Program-made: the position numbers and the translations under genes
Source of the DNA: Chloropicon primus
Taxonomy: Eukaryota
Direction: 5' to 3'
Assembly: GCA_023205875.1 (NCBI GenBank)
Contig: CP060760.1
Coordinates: forward strand, 496,001 to 560,000
Length of the DNA: 64,000 nt
Notes under the pieces: model-generated
What the model saw: the letters and a program-made list of their open reading frames with translations, nothing else
Database searches by the model: none
What the model was told of the DNA's origin: nothing
Shown here: positions 42,040-53,100 of the stretch, one piece after another
How the letters are laid out: every line of letters starts with the position of its first letter
Position numbering within the stretch: position 1 is the first letter of the stretch

Positions 42040-42801
42040 TCACTCCGCCAAGACGCCGCAGTCCGCGATGGTGACGGGGACCCCGGGGTCCTCCCCTCCG
42101 TCCCCCCCGTGCCCCTCTTCAGCGACCTTCCGCTCGAGGGCGTCCAGCACCCCCATCGATCCTTCCTCCACCCGGCCGAAGACGACGTGCTTGCCGTCCA
42201 GACCCCGGAGGTTCTCCGCGAGCGTGACGTAGAACTGGGACGTGTTGGAATTCTTCCCGCTGTTCGCCATGGCCACGGTCCCCCTGCCCCCGTGCTTGAG
42301 CTTCAGCCCCGGCTTCTCGTCGTTGAACCTCCCGCCGTAGATGGAGTCCCCCCCGCTCCCGTCGCGCTTGACGACGTCCCCGCCCTGGATCAGCTTCCCC
42401 CGGACGTAGCGGTGGAACGGGGCGCCCTTGTAGTGCAGGGGCTTCCTGCTGGCCTTCCCCAGGCCCCTTTCCCCCGTCGCGAGGCACCTAAAGTTCTCGC
42501 ACGTCTTCGGCACCCTCGAGTCGAACAGCTCGATGACGAGCCTCCCGACCCTCAGGGACCCCGGCTCGTCGAACAACAGCGGCGGGACAGAGGCCCTCCC
42601 GCTCCAGCTCGGGTCGCACCCGAACGACTCCCGCACCAGGTCTCTCATCTCCCCATCGAGGACGTCGGGCTTGGTGCCCGGCGCGATGCCAAGAACGTGG
42701 CCCTTCTTCTCCAGGTACTCCACCGCCAACTCGTACCCCTTCCTCGACCTCTCGTGCTCCTCGGGGCAACCAACGTCGATGTCCAGAAAGCAACGCGCCA
42801 T
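42040..42801 (-). CDS. Cyclophilin-type peptidyl-prolyl isomerase
   Basis: PKTCENFRCLATGE, LHYKG..FHR, QGGD, GGDSIYG, AMANSGKNSNTSQF, LDGKHVVFG. Confidence 0.95.
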   Translation of the reverse strand: MARCFLDIDVGCPEEHERSRKGYELAVEYLEKKGHVLGIAPGTKPDVLDGEMRDLVRESFGCDPSWSGRASVPPLLFDEPGSLRVGRLVIELFDSRVPKTCENFRCLATGERGLGKASRKPLHYKGAPFHRYVRGKLIQGGDVVKRDGSGGDSIYGGRFNDEKPGLKLKHGGRGTVAMANSGKNSNTSQFYVTLAENLRGLDGKHVVFGRVEEGSMGVLDALERKVAEEGHGGDGGEDPGVPVTIADCGVLAE

Positions 42802-43272
42802 CGCCAACACCACCGCGTCCGCCTCTCCCTCCCTCCCTCGCTCGGCTTGGCTTTTTGTGCCAAGATGGGGGTCAAATGCCTCGACCGAGACGTCGATGGA
42901 AAGATCGCGAGACGATCTAGCGCGATTTGTCCCCTCCCGCCCCTCCCCCGCCCCCTCGACGCGGCCAGGGACCGTCGCCTTCCTTGGACCTCACCCACCA
43001 CACGATCCCGATCCGATCCACAGAAAGAGACGAAGAAAGAGAGAGGTTTCAAAAAAAGGAATCCACCAAAGTGGGTGAGGTTTGCTCTTCTTTGGTGACG
43101 TCTGGCGCCTCGCTCGAGGACGAGAGTGTCGGAGGAGGCGACGTAGAACGCTAGAGGGTGTCGCAGGCTTTCGAAAGAGCCCTCGCTCGCTCCCTGGGTT
43201 GCGCGGTAAAGGTTTCGACGAGGCGGGACGAGGGAGAGGAGAGAGAGCGAAGGAGCGGAGAGAGAGAGAGAG

Positions 43273-44244
43273 ATGGATGCGCGGGAAGCGGAGCGCGGGT
43301 CGTCGTGGAACGGGGAGGAGGAGGTGAGGTCCCTGTCGATGAGCGTGGAGGGCAAGCTTGAGTTGGGCTCGGACGAGGAGAGAGCTGCTCCACGCTGCGA
43401 GAAGGTGGTCGCCTCGTCGTGCCAGAGGAGCGACTGGTCCTGCCCGATATGCTTGAACGACGTGCCCTTCGTGGAGACTGCGATTGTGAAGGACTGCAAC
43501 CACCTGTTCTGCTCCACGTGCATATTGAACTGGGTCCTGTTCAAGCAGGAGAGCTCGGGGACGAAGGAGCCTCGGAGCATCTGCCCCACCTGCAGGAACC
43601 CCTTTGACGTCGTCGGGACGTACAGGCGCCTGGACGGCTCCTTGAGCGACACGCTCGTCGAGGAGAGCATCTACTTGCTGCTTCGGGCGGACTGGTTCGA
43701 CTGCGAGAAGTTCGTCAAGTACAGGAAGGGCAAGAAGGCGGCGTGGCAGGACTCCCACGACTCGCAGCAGGACCAAGTGGGACTCTCTATGAGTCCCACG
43801 ACCCGGAAGCTCTACGGGGCGGACGACTACCTGGAGGCAGCCTACGAGGAGGAGGCCTTCGAGGAGGACGACGACTATTACTATGGCCACGACGAGTACT
43901 CGTCCCCCGGCGGGAACAGGAGGAACGGTGGTGGGAACAGCTCCAGCGGGGCAGGTTGCAGCACGAGCAAGCTCGTTATTGGGAACAGGAGGTGGGGTCA
44001 GCAAGGGTACGTGACCTCGGGGCGGATGTACGCGAGGCCCAGCAGCAGCGGGGGCGGCGCGGGCTCGTCGTCCAGCGGCAAGGGCAAAGGAAAGAAGAAA
44101 TTCCAACAAGATGGGGAGGAGGAGGACCCTTACAAACCGAGGTACGAGTCTCCAGGCGCGAAGAAGACGGTTGGACGGAGGGCCAGGAGGGCGATGAAGA
44201 ACAAGGGTGCCGCAAAGAACGCCCTAGATCGGGCTCTGTGCTGA
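43273..44244 (+). CDS. C3HC4 RING finger protein
   Basis: CPIC..CNHLFCSTC..W..CPTC; downstream LLLRADWF and IGNRRWG..GYV motifs. Confidence 0.88.
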   Translation: MDAREAERGSSWNGEEEVRSLSMSVEGKLELGSDEERAAPRCEKVVASSCQRSDWSCPICLNDVPFVETAIVKDCNHLFCSTCILNWVLFKQESSGTKEPRSICPTCRNPFDVVGTYRRLDGSLSDTLVEESIYLLLRADWFDCEKFVKYRKGKKAAWQDSHDSQQDQVGLSMSPTTRKLYGADDYLEAAYEEEAFEEDDDYYYGHDEYSSPGGNRRNGGGNSSSGAGCSTSKLVIGNRRWGQQGYVTSGRMYARPSSSGGGAGSSSSGKGKGKKKFQQDGEEEDPYKPRYESPGAKKTVGRRARRAMKNKGAAKNALDRALC

Positions 44245-44443
44245 GCCACGGGGCCCGGAGACAGAGAGCAGCAATCTTTCTTTCTTTTTATGTAAATGTC
44301 TGTCTGTATTACAAATGGGATCGTGTTTTCTCTCCTTCGCCCCTCGCACTTTGCGATGCACAGTGCTGCGCTGCCGACAGAGAATATAAAACGTTTTCCT
44401 CAACAAAGCACAAAGGCAGCATGCCTTTGCCCCCCCTCGTTGT

Positions 44444-45374
44444 CTAGATCGGGTTGGCAGCCGCGTCGGAAGGGAAGAAAATATTGGTCTTCCTGTAAAA
44501 GGTGTCCCTGACAACAGGCTTCCTGGCGTAAGTCGGCTTGTTGAACTCCTCTGGAGGGGCGTGGGTCAACATGCTCGTCGTTCTGTACGAACCAAAGTGT
44601 CTCTCGTAACTCAAGTGAGTCTTGTTCTTGGTGTCCCTCGCGATTTTGCTCGCGCCAGTCTTGTTGTTGTCCTCCTTCTCGTAGACCAAGTCATACAAGT
44701 GAGGCTTTGGCGCCGACTCGACCTCGACAATCTCGTCCTCCGAGTCCTCCATCTCATCCAAGGTCATCTTCGCGAGCTTGTCCTCGCCCTTGAGCTGCTC
44801 TCTATACTGCTCCGTCCTGAAAACCATACTGTACTCGTCCCTCCTCTTAAAGTCACCGGAGAGAAATCCCTTTCTCTTCTCCTTCTGCGTCTCCCTGTAC
44901 TTGAGCCTGTCCACGTACTCGTCACCGTCCGAAACCCAGTGGTGCTTCTTGTCAAAGTAAACGTCCGTGGTCTTGCCATGCTTGCTAGGCTGCGTCATCA
45001 TCTGCTTGCCCTTGAAGTTTGCTCTTTGACCTGCCTTCTCTCCATAAGGAAGCGGGTCACTGCACAACACAACCATGTTGGACATTGAACAACGAACAAG
45101 AAGAAGAAGAACAACAACAACAACAAGAAGAAGAAGAACGACAAGGACAAGAACAAGAGACTCATGTGTCAGAATGGGAACCAGGTCGATCAAGCGGCCT
45201 TCAGGAGCACGCCGCTAGAGCTCCGGCATGGCCTCAGAATGAATTGTCGCATTTCCATTGTTTGGAACACGAGAAAACGTACACTTTGGTTCCTACGGTG
45301 ATGTAGCTGGTCCTGTCGAAGACGCCGTGGCATCCGGCCAACAGCGCCCTCTCGGAAGTCATGTTGTTGTTCAT
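44444..45374 (-). CDS. CFAP96/C4orf47-like ciliary protein, 2 exons
   Basis: Exons 45374-45283 and 45059-44444 (GTACGT..CAG) give GVFDRTSYITVGTKVDPLPY..FKGKQMMT..YFDK..GDEYVD. Confidence 0.6.
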
Positions 45375-46495
45375 GGTGAAGTTTCTTCGGGGTCTTGCGT
45401 ACCCTCCCTCTCTTTGGACTCAACCACTCGAAAATGCGGTAGAGGTAATGTGCTCCTGCGTTGTGTGCGAAACACGAAAGCCAATGCGGGGTAAAGCGTG
45501 TCCAAGGCGGCGCCTTTGTCTTCCACCAAGAGCCACAACGCACTTGATCTCTCCTTCCACCCAATCAAGTCACTTCCCCCCCTTCTCTCGCCTCTCGTCT
45601 CTCTCTCTCTCTCTCTCTCTTGCCTGTCCAAGGTAATGCGATGTCCCTTTGCTACACGCCAGGCCTTGACCCAAGTGCCTCACCCTCTGGGGACCCCTGA
45701 GAAGCTCGGCTCCGGTCGTTCTCTTCACGACGTTCGCCATCCGGGTCGGAAAACTTACCCTTCTTGTCGCCAACAAAACAGTGGTACCATTTTACGACAG
45801 TTTTGGAAAACTTTGAGTTTGGGTCCGAAAGGTGATGTCTTGGAACGAAGTAAAAGAATTCTCACAGAAAGATTCGTCCCAAGACCAGTTCACTACAGGA
45901 TCCCCACCAACGGACGGGTCCGTGGTGTAGAAATTCCATCTTGCGAAGGCGAGCTTTGACTTTTAGAATTTCTGGAGCGCTCGAACGAGTGTAAGTCCAA
46001 GGTCCCTCGCCCCCTGTCGCCTCTGATTAAGAAAATACGATGTTTGCACCGAACATGCATCACTGGACGATTTGAACGACTTGAAGGTTCGTTGAGGAAG
46101 GATGGGGAGAAAGGAGAAGCCAAGTGGCGAGGAGGTGAAGCCAAGGTAAGTTCACCGTCGGTTTGGTCAACCGCTTGGGAGGATTGGTTTGTATCTTTCC
46201 ACTTTGGGGAATCCTTGTCTCTTCCTCTTTCCATAGACCCCTCTCTCGAGGAAAGAGGCGACCTGTGGAGGACCTGACAAGGTCTTCTTCTCTCGTGTGG
46301 TGGCTTCTTTGCCCTGGTCAGAAGGTGAAGCCGGTAGGGGTGAAGCCTGACGAAGAGGGGAGGGAGGAGAAGGGAACGTAGTGTTGTGTGTCCTTGGGCG
46401 GAGGGTACGTTACGATCTCCTTGCATTGATTGATTGCCTTCTGGTGCCGCGGAAGGAGGACTAGAGAGGACTAGGACGAGAATAGGGCTGATAGT

Positions 46496-49315
46496 ATGGC
46501 GGAAGGAGGACCCTCGCTGTCCTCTCTGGGAGAGGCTACAGGGGAGTTCAGCGATGCGATGGCGGAGGAGGAGTCCCAGCCCTCGGAGCTGAGCCTGAAC
46601 ATGACTCCGAGCGGCGCGGATGACTCCCCTGACTTCCTGCCCCCGTTCGCCAACGAGTCGAACAAGAAGCTCGACAGGGAGATCAAGAAGACCGAGAAGC
46701 AGCTGGAGGAGTTCAGCGAGAGCCTGGAGGAGAACGTGGACCGCATCAATGCGATGACGGAGCACTTGAAGAACGTGGAGCAGGAGGTGCTTTACACGCA
46801 GGCGAGGGTGAACAGCAAGAAGCAGGAGAAGGAGACGGAGAACCACCTGCGTCAACTGAGCGACAGGGAGTGCGGGAGACTGAAGGAGGACATCTCAAAG
46901 TCCAAGAGGCATCACAAGGAGCTCGAGGACAAGCTCACGGAGCTCAAGAAGGCCATCTACAACGGCACGGAGAAGATGGACCAGTTCAAGCTGTTGATGA
47001 ACTGGAACCAGGAGGAGCTTGAGCAGTGGGCCTTGGCCGCCAGGCAGAAGGAGGAGGACAACCTTTCCCTGCAGAAGTACATGAGGGCCGACGAGGTCAG
47101 GATTAAGGAGCTCAGCCTGCACGTGCAGAAGATCAGCAACGCGGTGAGCAGGAAGAAGGACGAGCTCGACAGCGAGGTCACCGAGACCCAGGCCGCGCAG
47201 ATTATGCTGGACAAGACCGCAGAGGACTTCCGCCAGCTGCACAACGAGAGGCAGGAGCTGACGAGGCAGTGGGAGGAGGCCATGGAGGCGATGAAGAAGA
47301 GGGACGAGGCCATCCAGAAGACGTCAGAGCTCTTCGCGGACCGCAGGAGGGTCTTGAAGCAGGTTCAGTCCCGACTGGATGCCAGCGCAAGGTTCCTCGA
47401 GAGCGAGATCGTCAACAACCGAGAGCTGAACGTCAGGCTCGCGCTCACAGAGAGGCAAGTCGGAAAGCAAAGAGAGAAGCTTAGGCTTGAGACCACCTCG
47501 GTGACCGAGGCACACGACGAAGTCGAGCTGGTCAAGGCGACTTTGAACAACACTGCCGCCCAGCTTGCCAAGAGGCGCGGAGAGAACAAGGCCCTCAAGG
47601 AAGAATTGGAGAAGAAGGCCCAGCAGGTCGATACCCTCCACATCAAGCTCGATTCGACCAAGGAGCGCCTTGACGACGACCTGGACGAGCTTTCGTCCCT
47701 GAAGGACAAGAGCCAGGCCCTGCTCAAGCGACAGATGCAGGAGGAGTCGAGGCTCCAGGACCTGGAAAGGGAGAAGCATGGACTGAGGGACAAGATTTTC
47801 AAGACGGGCCAGGAGCTGTTTGCGCTGAGGACAACGGAGAGGGACCTCATCGCTGAGATCGCGGGAACCCAGTCCCAGAACAAGAACATGGAAGCGAAGA
47901 TCAACCAGCTCGATGCTCAGATATCCCGCCAGCAGGAGCTCCTCTATACCGCTGACTTCCAGATCCAGCAGCTGGAGAGGAAGGTGGCAAGGGCGTCCGG
48001 TGAGAGGTCGGATGACGAGAAGAGAATCCTCAACCAGAAGATCTCTGGCCTGGAGGAGCAGCTGGAAGGAGTGCAGCACGACCACAGCATGCTTGACAAC
48101 CAGGTGAAGACCGCGAGCGACACCCTCAGGCACGCCACCCGAACCAAGCAGCAGCTCGAGGGCGACTCCAGCGAGCTGAATTCCAAGATTGATGAGCTCA
48201 AGTTGGAGTGCGACACGACCCATCGCGTGGTCAAGACCGCTCTCAAGGCGAAGGAGGACAAGCTCGTGGAGGCTGACGTGCTCCGGCTGGAGGTGAAGAA
48301 GAGGGCCCGGGCGCTTGTGGAGGCGACGAGCGAGGTCTACGGCCTCGAGAACAGAAAGGAGCAGCTTGGGTTGAGCCTGGAAGAGCAGAAGTCAAAAGCG
48401 GAGATCCACAAGGACACCTTGCTCGCCCAGCTCAAGATCATCCAGGAGGATATTCACAGGCTTACCCTGGAGTTGAGCGAGAAGCAGCTTAAGATCACCA
48501 AGTTGAACGCCAAGTACGACGTTTTGGCTGGAAAGATGAAGTCTGCAGACGAGCCAGAGGGCGTGGACAGCGACAAGTCTCAGGCTTACTACGTGATCAA
48601 GGCCGCCCAAGAGAGGGAGGAGCTTCAGAGGGAGGGCGACGCGCTCGACTCGGAGATCAGCAAGGCCGAGAAAGAGGTTGCAGCCTTGCAAGCGACGATG
48701 GCAAAGATCATGGAGAAGAACGTAGCGTACAGGAACTCGTTCAGGAGCGTGGACGAGAGGGAAGTGACGGGCGTCATGGAGACCCTGAAGCAGCAACTCG
48801 ACATTGCGTTCGACAGGATGAAGCTCCTCCAGCAGCAGGAGGAGGACCTCCGAACGGACATCAACCAGATCAACGAGCAGCTTGCGAAGATCAAGAACGA
48901 ATCGGACCAGAAGCTCGCGGCTATCGAGAACAGGTTGACCAAGTCGAGGGAAAAGGAAGCAAAGAGTATGAACGACCAGATCGAGAGGGAGAAGCGAGCA
49001 GCAACGAGGCTCAACAAAATCATGGGAGAGTTCTCGAGCGACAAGCACAGCTTGCTGAAAGAGGAGGTCTCCTTAAGATCCCTTCGAGAGGTGAACAACA
49101 ACGCGTTCAACGAGCTTGAGAACATCGCGGCTATGTTCCCTGCGGCGAATATCTTGGATTTCCTCACGGACGAGGGTTTCCAGATGCCCAAGGGAAGGTC
49201 CTTGCCCGGTTCCAGGAGGCCAAGCGACAGCGGCAGCAGACCTGCAAGCAGGGCTTCCACGCAGCAGCCACCAAGAAGCAGTGCGTCCTTGCAAACGGTT
49301 CAATTCAACCTTTAG
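46496..49315 (+). CDS. CCDC39: Coiled-coil axonemal ruler protein CCDC39 (FAP59)
   Basis: MNWNQEELEQWALAARQKEEDN, LDKTAEDFRQLH.ERQ, DFQIQQLERKVAR, QAYYVIKAAQEREELQREGD. Confidence 0.9.
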   Translation: MAEGGPSLSSLGEATGEFSDAMAEEESQPSELSLNMTPSGADDSPDFLPPFANESNKKLDREIKKTEKQLEEFSESLEENVDRINAMTEHLKNVEQEVLYTQARVNSKKQEKETENHLRQLSDRECGRLKEDISKSKRHHKELEDKLTELKKAIYNGTEKMDQFKLLMNWNQEELEQWALAARQKEEDNLSLQKYMRADEVRIKELSLHVQKISNAVSRKKDELDSEVTETQAAQIMLDKTAEDFRQLHNERQELTRQWEEAMEAMKKRDEAIQKTSELFADRRRVLKQVQSRLDASARFLESEIVNNRELNVRLALTERQVGKQREKLRLETTSVTEAHDEVELVKATLNNTAAQLAKRRGENKALKEELEKKAQQVDTLHIKLDSTKERLDDDLDELSSLKDKSQALLKRQMQEESRLQDLEREKHGLRDKIFKTGQELFALRTTERDLIAEIAGTQSQNKNMEAKINQLDAQISRQQELLYTADFQIQQLERKVARASGERSDDEKRILNQKISGLEEQLEGVQHDHSMLDNQVKTASDTLRHATRTKQQLEGDSSELNSKIDELKLECDTTHRVVKTALKAKEDKLVEADVLRLEVKKRARALVEATSEVYGLENRKEQLGLSLEEQKSKAEIHKDTLLAQLKIIQEDIHRLTLELSEKQLKITKLNAKYDVLAGKMKSADEPEGVDSDKSQAYYVIKAAQEREELQREGDALDSEISKAEKEVAALQATMAKIMEKNVAYRNSFRSVDEREVTGVMETLKQQLDIAFDRMKLLQQQEEDLRTDINQINEQLAKIKNESDQKLAAIENRLTKSREKEAKSMNDQIEREKRAATRLNKIMGEFSSDKHSLLKEEVSLRSLREVNNNAFNELENIAAMFPAANILDFLTDEGFQMPKGRSLPGSRRPSDSGSRPASRASTQQPPRSSASLQTVQFNL

Positions 49316-49732
49316 GTGGTTTCGATGGGATTTCGTTAAAGACTGGAGAAGGATGAAGGAGGACGAGGAAGACCTTCTCGTGAAGCGTCTTGCCCATCTT
49401 CCCTCTATTGTATTATCAACCATGTAATTGTACCAGTCCACCCTGCAACGCCTTAAGAAATCCTGACAAGCGGTCGACGAAAAGACCAGTCCATTCCTTT
49501 CCAATCCGAAAGAGGTAGAGGCAATCGCAATGTCAATGGCAATGGCGCCAAGTGCAGCACAGCACCATCCTTGCTCGCACCCTTGTCCTCCAAACTCTCC
49601 TCCCCGGCAGGGATTGTTCAAATGAATCTTGGAAAACTGGTACCAGTCAGTTGAAACCGAAGAGAGAGCGGCCCACCTCCAAGGGGCCAAAGCAAGGACG
49701 ACGAGGGGAACTGCCTCCAAGTGAGGGGGCAC

Positions 49733-51446
49733 ATGATGGGATCCAAGGTTCTTCTATCCTTCTTCATCGCAGTGGCCTTGGCCCTGTCTGTCTTTCTCGC
49801 AGGCGTTTGTGCAACGAGAGCAAACCACCTGCACCAGGCAAGGCAGGAGGTGGAGGTGGTGGTACAGACACGCACCACTCGAGCCTTGAGAGAGAAGGGG
49901 GCACTCGGAGGGGCGAAGGGTCAAGTACCGTGGAATAGGAACCTCCTTTACGAGGAGGACTACGAGGAGGACTACGAGGTAAGTCGTGCCACCACAACAC
50001 GGTCGTCAGATACGATAACGATACGAGTACTTGGCACCAAGCAAATAGACTCGATAACCAAGTCTTGGATCCTGCCTTATCACTTGTGATCGATCCTCAG
50101 CAGACAACCACACGATTGCCTTTCCACGCTCGTGAGAGTCTCACACAAACGTACGCGGTCTCTCTCTCTCTCCCTCTCTCTCTGTGTGTGTGTGTGTGTG
50201 TGTGTGCTTCTGTGTAGGGCCAGGACTACGGTGACGGATACAACAACAACGAGGGTGGCTATGGGGATGGTTACGATGATGTCTACGACTACGAAGACGA
50301 TTACGAGCCCTGGGACGAGCAAGGTGAGGATCCAAACGATGGCGGGTCGGTTGGTGGCGAGGAGGACTACGACGACGACGACTATGGTGAAGGTGCCGAC
50401 CTTGGTTTTGATGATGAGGAGGGGGAGGGGGAGGGGGACCAGGGCCAGGACGATTACGAGGAGGACTTTGGCGACTACTACGATGACGGCAACGAGGATA
50501 CCGAGTTCTTTGGCTCTGACAGTGAAGGGGATGGCAACCGGGAGGGGGGGAAGGGAACGAGGGGCGGGGACGGGGACGAAGCAGAAGAGCTTGAAGACGA
50601 GGGCGAGTGGGACGAGGACGATGCATTTGGTTTTGAGAACGGCGACGAATCTTTCACGAGCTTTTGTGTGAGCGCGATCTCCCCGGAGATCAAGGACGAT
50701 GTTTCTGGCGGAGTGTGTGATATCCTAGTCAGTGGACTGGACGATAACATCTCCCAGACCCACCTCAAGGTTGATGGAGTCTACAAACCAGTAAGCTGCA
50801 TGAATGGGTACCTCAAGTACTCCCCTGCCGAAGGAGAGGACGCACGAATGATAGCTTTCGACGTGGACTTCGAGGAGTGGGGCTTTTATAACTCAACTGA
50901 GGTACGATGCCTTTCTGGGCCCCTTCCACACCAGCTCGGCCCTGATTCATCCTCTGACGCGCACTCTTCCCTCTTCGCTTTTGCCTCCTCAAGGTCGCGC
51001 AAGAGAACCTGATTCTGCACGGTTCTTCTTTCCTGGCAAGGGTTCCCCACGAAGTGGAAGCCTGGTATTGCGATCGAAAGGTGTGCGAGACGGACGCCGT
51101 GAACGAGCACTTTTGGACTCCGATCACCACGGCAACCATCAGTTGTATTACGCAAGAGGAGGAGGACCGCAGGGTCGTTATGATGGGGGAGAGGAAGAAC
51201 AAGATTATCTTCCCTGACGAGGAATCACGAAGGAAAGGCGAGATGCAGCATGACCACAGCGAGATGGACGGTCTGAGAGGAGGGGACGACCGCGCGGGTG
51301 GTGGCAGCTCCGGCGTGCTCAACACGTTTACCGTGCTCGCAGGGTTCATCCTCGTCGGCGTTCCCGTGTACATTTACAAGAAGCAATCGAAGATGATGCA
51401 AGCGGGCAAGATCCCAAGGGCCACCAAAGTGCGCTTCGCAAACTAA
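49733..51446 (+). CDS. Type I membrane protein with Asp/Glu/Gly/Tyr-rich ectodomain, 3 exons
   Basis: Exons 49733-49978, 50218-50901, 50994-51446 join in phase 0; signal peptide, acidic tract, Cys-containing domain, TM (FTVLAGFILVGVPVYIY), basic tail. Confidence 0.8.
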
Positions 51447-51570
51447 GCTTTCTGGATTAAAAATTAGATGCGGTGCTCTTGTCCTGCGAGAGCCCGAGTA
51501 TGTACATAAAAAACTACTGGTATTTGCTGGATTATTTTTTTTCACTGTCCTTGGCGAGGGCCACGCGACA

Positions 51571-52398
51571 TCACGTGCTCGGGACGTCCGGAAAGGTGTT
51601 CTGCTCCACGTCCTTTTCCTCTCTCTCTTTCTTTGGTGTGTTCCCTCCAAGTCTTGTGGTCGTCCAGTCCAACGCGCTCGCGATCCCGCTGCCAAGCTTC
51701 TCGATGACCTTGTTCTTCTCCTCGAACTTAGTGATGCTCTGCGTCGTGTTCTTCGCGACAGAAGCGACTCTATCTTTGATCTGGTACTTCTTCTCTATCT
51801 CTTGCACCTTGGTGACGCCAGCCATCGTCGCGTCGTAAGCCTTTCCTGAAATGTTGTACTCGGAGTCAAACTTTCGGACGGCGCTGTAGCCATCCACAGC
51901 GACCTGTCCCGTTGCCCTCGCCGCTTCACCCATTCCGTTGTCCTTCGTCGTTGCCGCATAAGCGATGCCGGCCGCTCCGGCGAGGGCACCTATGGGTCCG
52001 GCGAGCACGAGGCCCACCCCAGCTCCAACTGCTGCAGCCCCAGCCAGAGGCGTGGGCCCTCCTGCCACCTTCACGGCCTCCTGCCCTTTCGCGGCCACAG
52101 CCATGCCGTCCTGCGCAAGCTTCGCCGTCTGAGCATACTGTTGCATCTTCATCTCCTGCACCCTCTGCTGCAAGTACGTCACGCGGCTCTTGTACTGCTG
52201 AACTTTCGACTGCCAGTCCTCCATATCTGCCACACTCCCTGTGCCCAAAGCAATGAGCTTCTCGAGCTGAGCCGTCGCGGAGTTGTACAGTTGTATCGCC
52301 TGATCGAGGTTGCCCTGCGAGTCCTGCTGCACAGCGTTCGTCGCAGTCTTGATGACTTGACTTATCGTCGGAGTCTCTTCCTTCTCTTCGTCTGCCAT
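51571..52398 (-). CDS. MIT-domain protein with Gly/Ala-rich hydrophobic segment
   Basis: AVQQDSQGNLDQAIQLY..KVQQYKSRVTYL (MIT); GAAAVGAGVGLVLAGPIGALAGAAGIAYA. Confidence 0.75.
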   Translation of the reverse strand: MADEEKEETPTISQVIKTATNAVQQDSQGNLDQAIQLYNSATAQLEKLIALGTGSVADMEDWQSKVQQYKSRVTYLQQRVQEMKMQQYAQTAKLAQDGMAVAAKGQEAVKVAGGPTPLAGAAAVGAGVGLVLAGPIGALAGAAGIAYAATTKDNGMGEAARATGQVAVDGYSAVRKFDSEYNISGKAYDATMAGVTKVQEIEKKYQIKDRVASVAKNTTQSITKFEEKNKVIEKLGSGIASALDWTTTRLGGNTPKKEREEKDVEQNTFPDVPST

Positions 52399-52404
52399 TC
52401 TCTT

Positions 52405-52465
52405 CCTTCTCTCCGTTTCCTTCTCTCCGTTTCCTTCTCTCCGTTTCCTTCTCTCCGTTTCCTTC
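52405..52465. repeat. 14-bp tandem repeat (CCTTCTCTCCGTTT)x4
   Basis: Four perfect copies immediately upstream of the MIT gene ATG. Confidence 0.9.
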
Positions 52466-53100
52466 AAGCGAGAGTTCTTTCGAAAGAGCAAGAGATGAAG
52501 CTTCCGCCTCTTTCCCTTCCTCCTCGCCTAACCCTCCTCCCCGTCGACAACTTCCTCTCAAAACTCTCCGTCTCCCTTCCTCCCTTCCTCTCCTCCCTCT
52601 CTCTCTGTCTCTGTTTCTTCTAGGGCACCTCGCAGCAGCAGATCAAGCGATTGCGTGAAGCGAAAGCGTCAAGGGAAGGCGAGAGAGAAGGAGAGAGGGA
52701 AGGAGAGAGGTTAAGTGGGATAGCTTATCTCGCGATCTTTCCGTGGATACCTTGATTGACTCGTTTGACGTGCGGAGTGGTCGGGAAGTTGCGGATCAAG
52801 CCATTTCTGCAGGGGAGAGAGGGAGGAGAAGGCAGCCCTGTCGTTCCTTTTGAGGTGGACTCGGGAGGGCAGGCGGCACGAGGGCGGAGGAGGGTCTTAC
52901 CTTGAGGGACCATGACGAGATCCTTGGCTTGACCTTTCGATTGACGAGGTTCCTGCGAGGTGGTGGGCAGCAGCGGGGGATCGGAGAGGAGACGGGTGAG
53001 GAGGCCTTGAGGGAGAGCATTGGGTTGAGGACGTCGACGTTGCCCGTGCGAGAGGGGATGAGCCCATAGGTGGACGCGGGAAAAAGGAGACGAGGGGACG

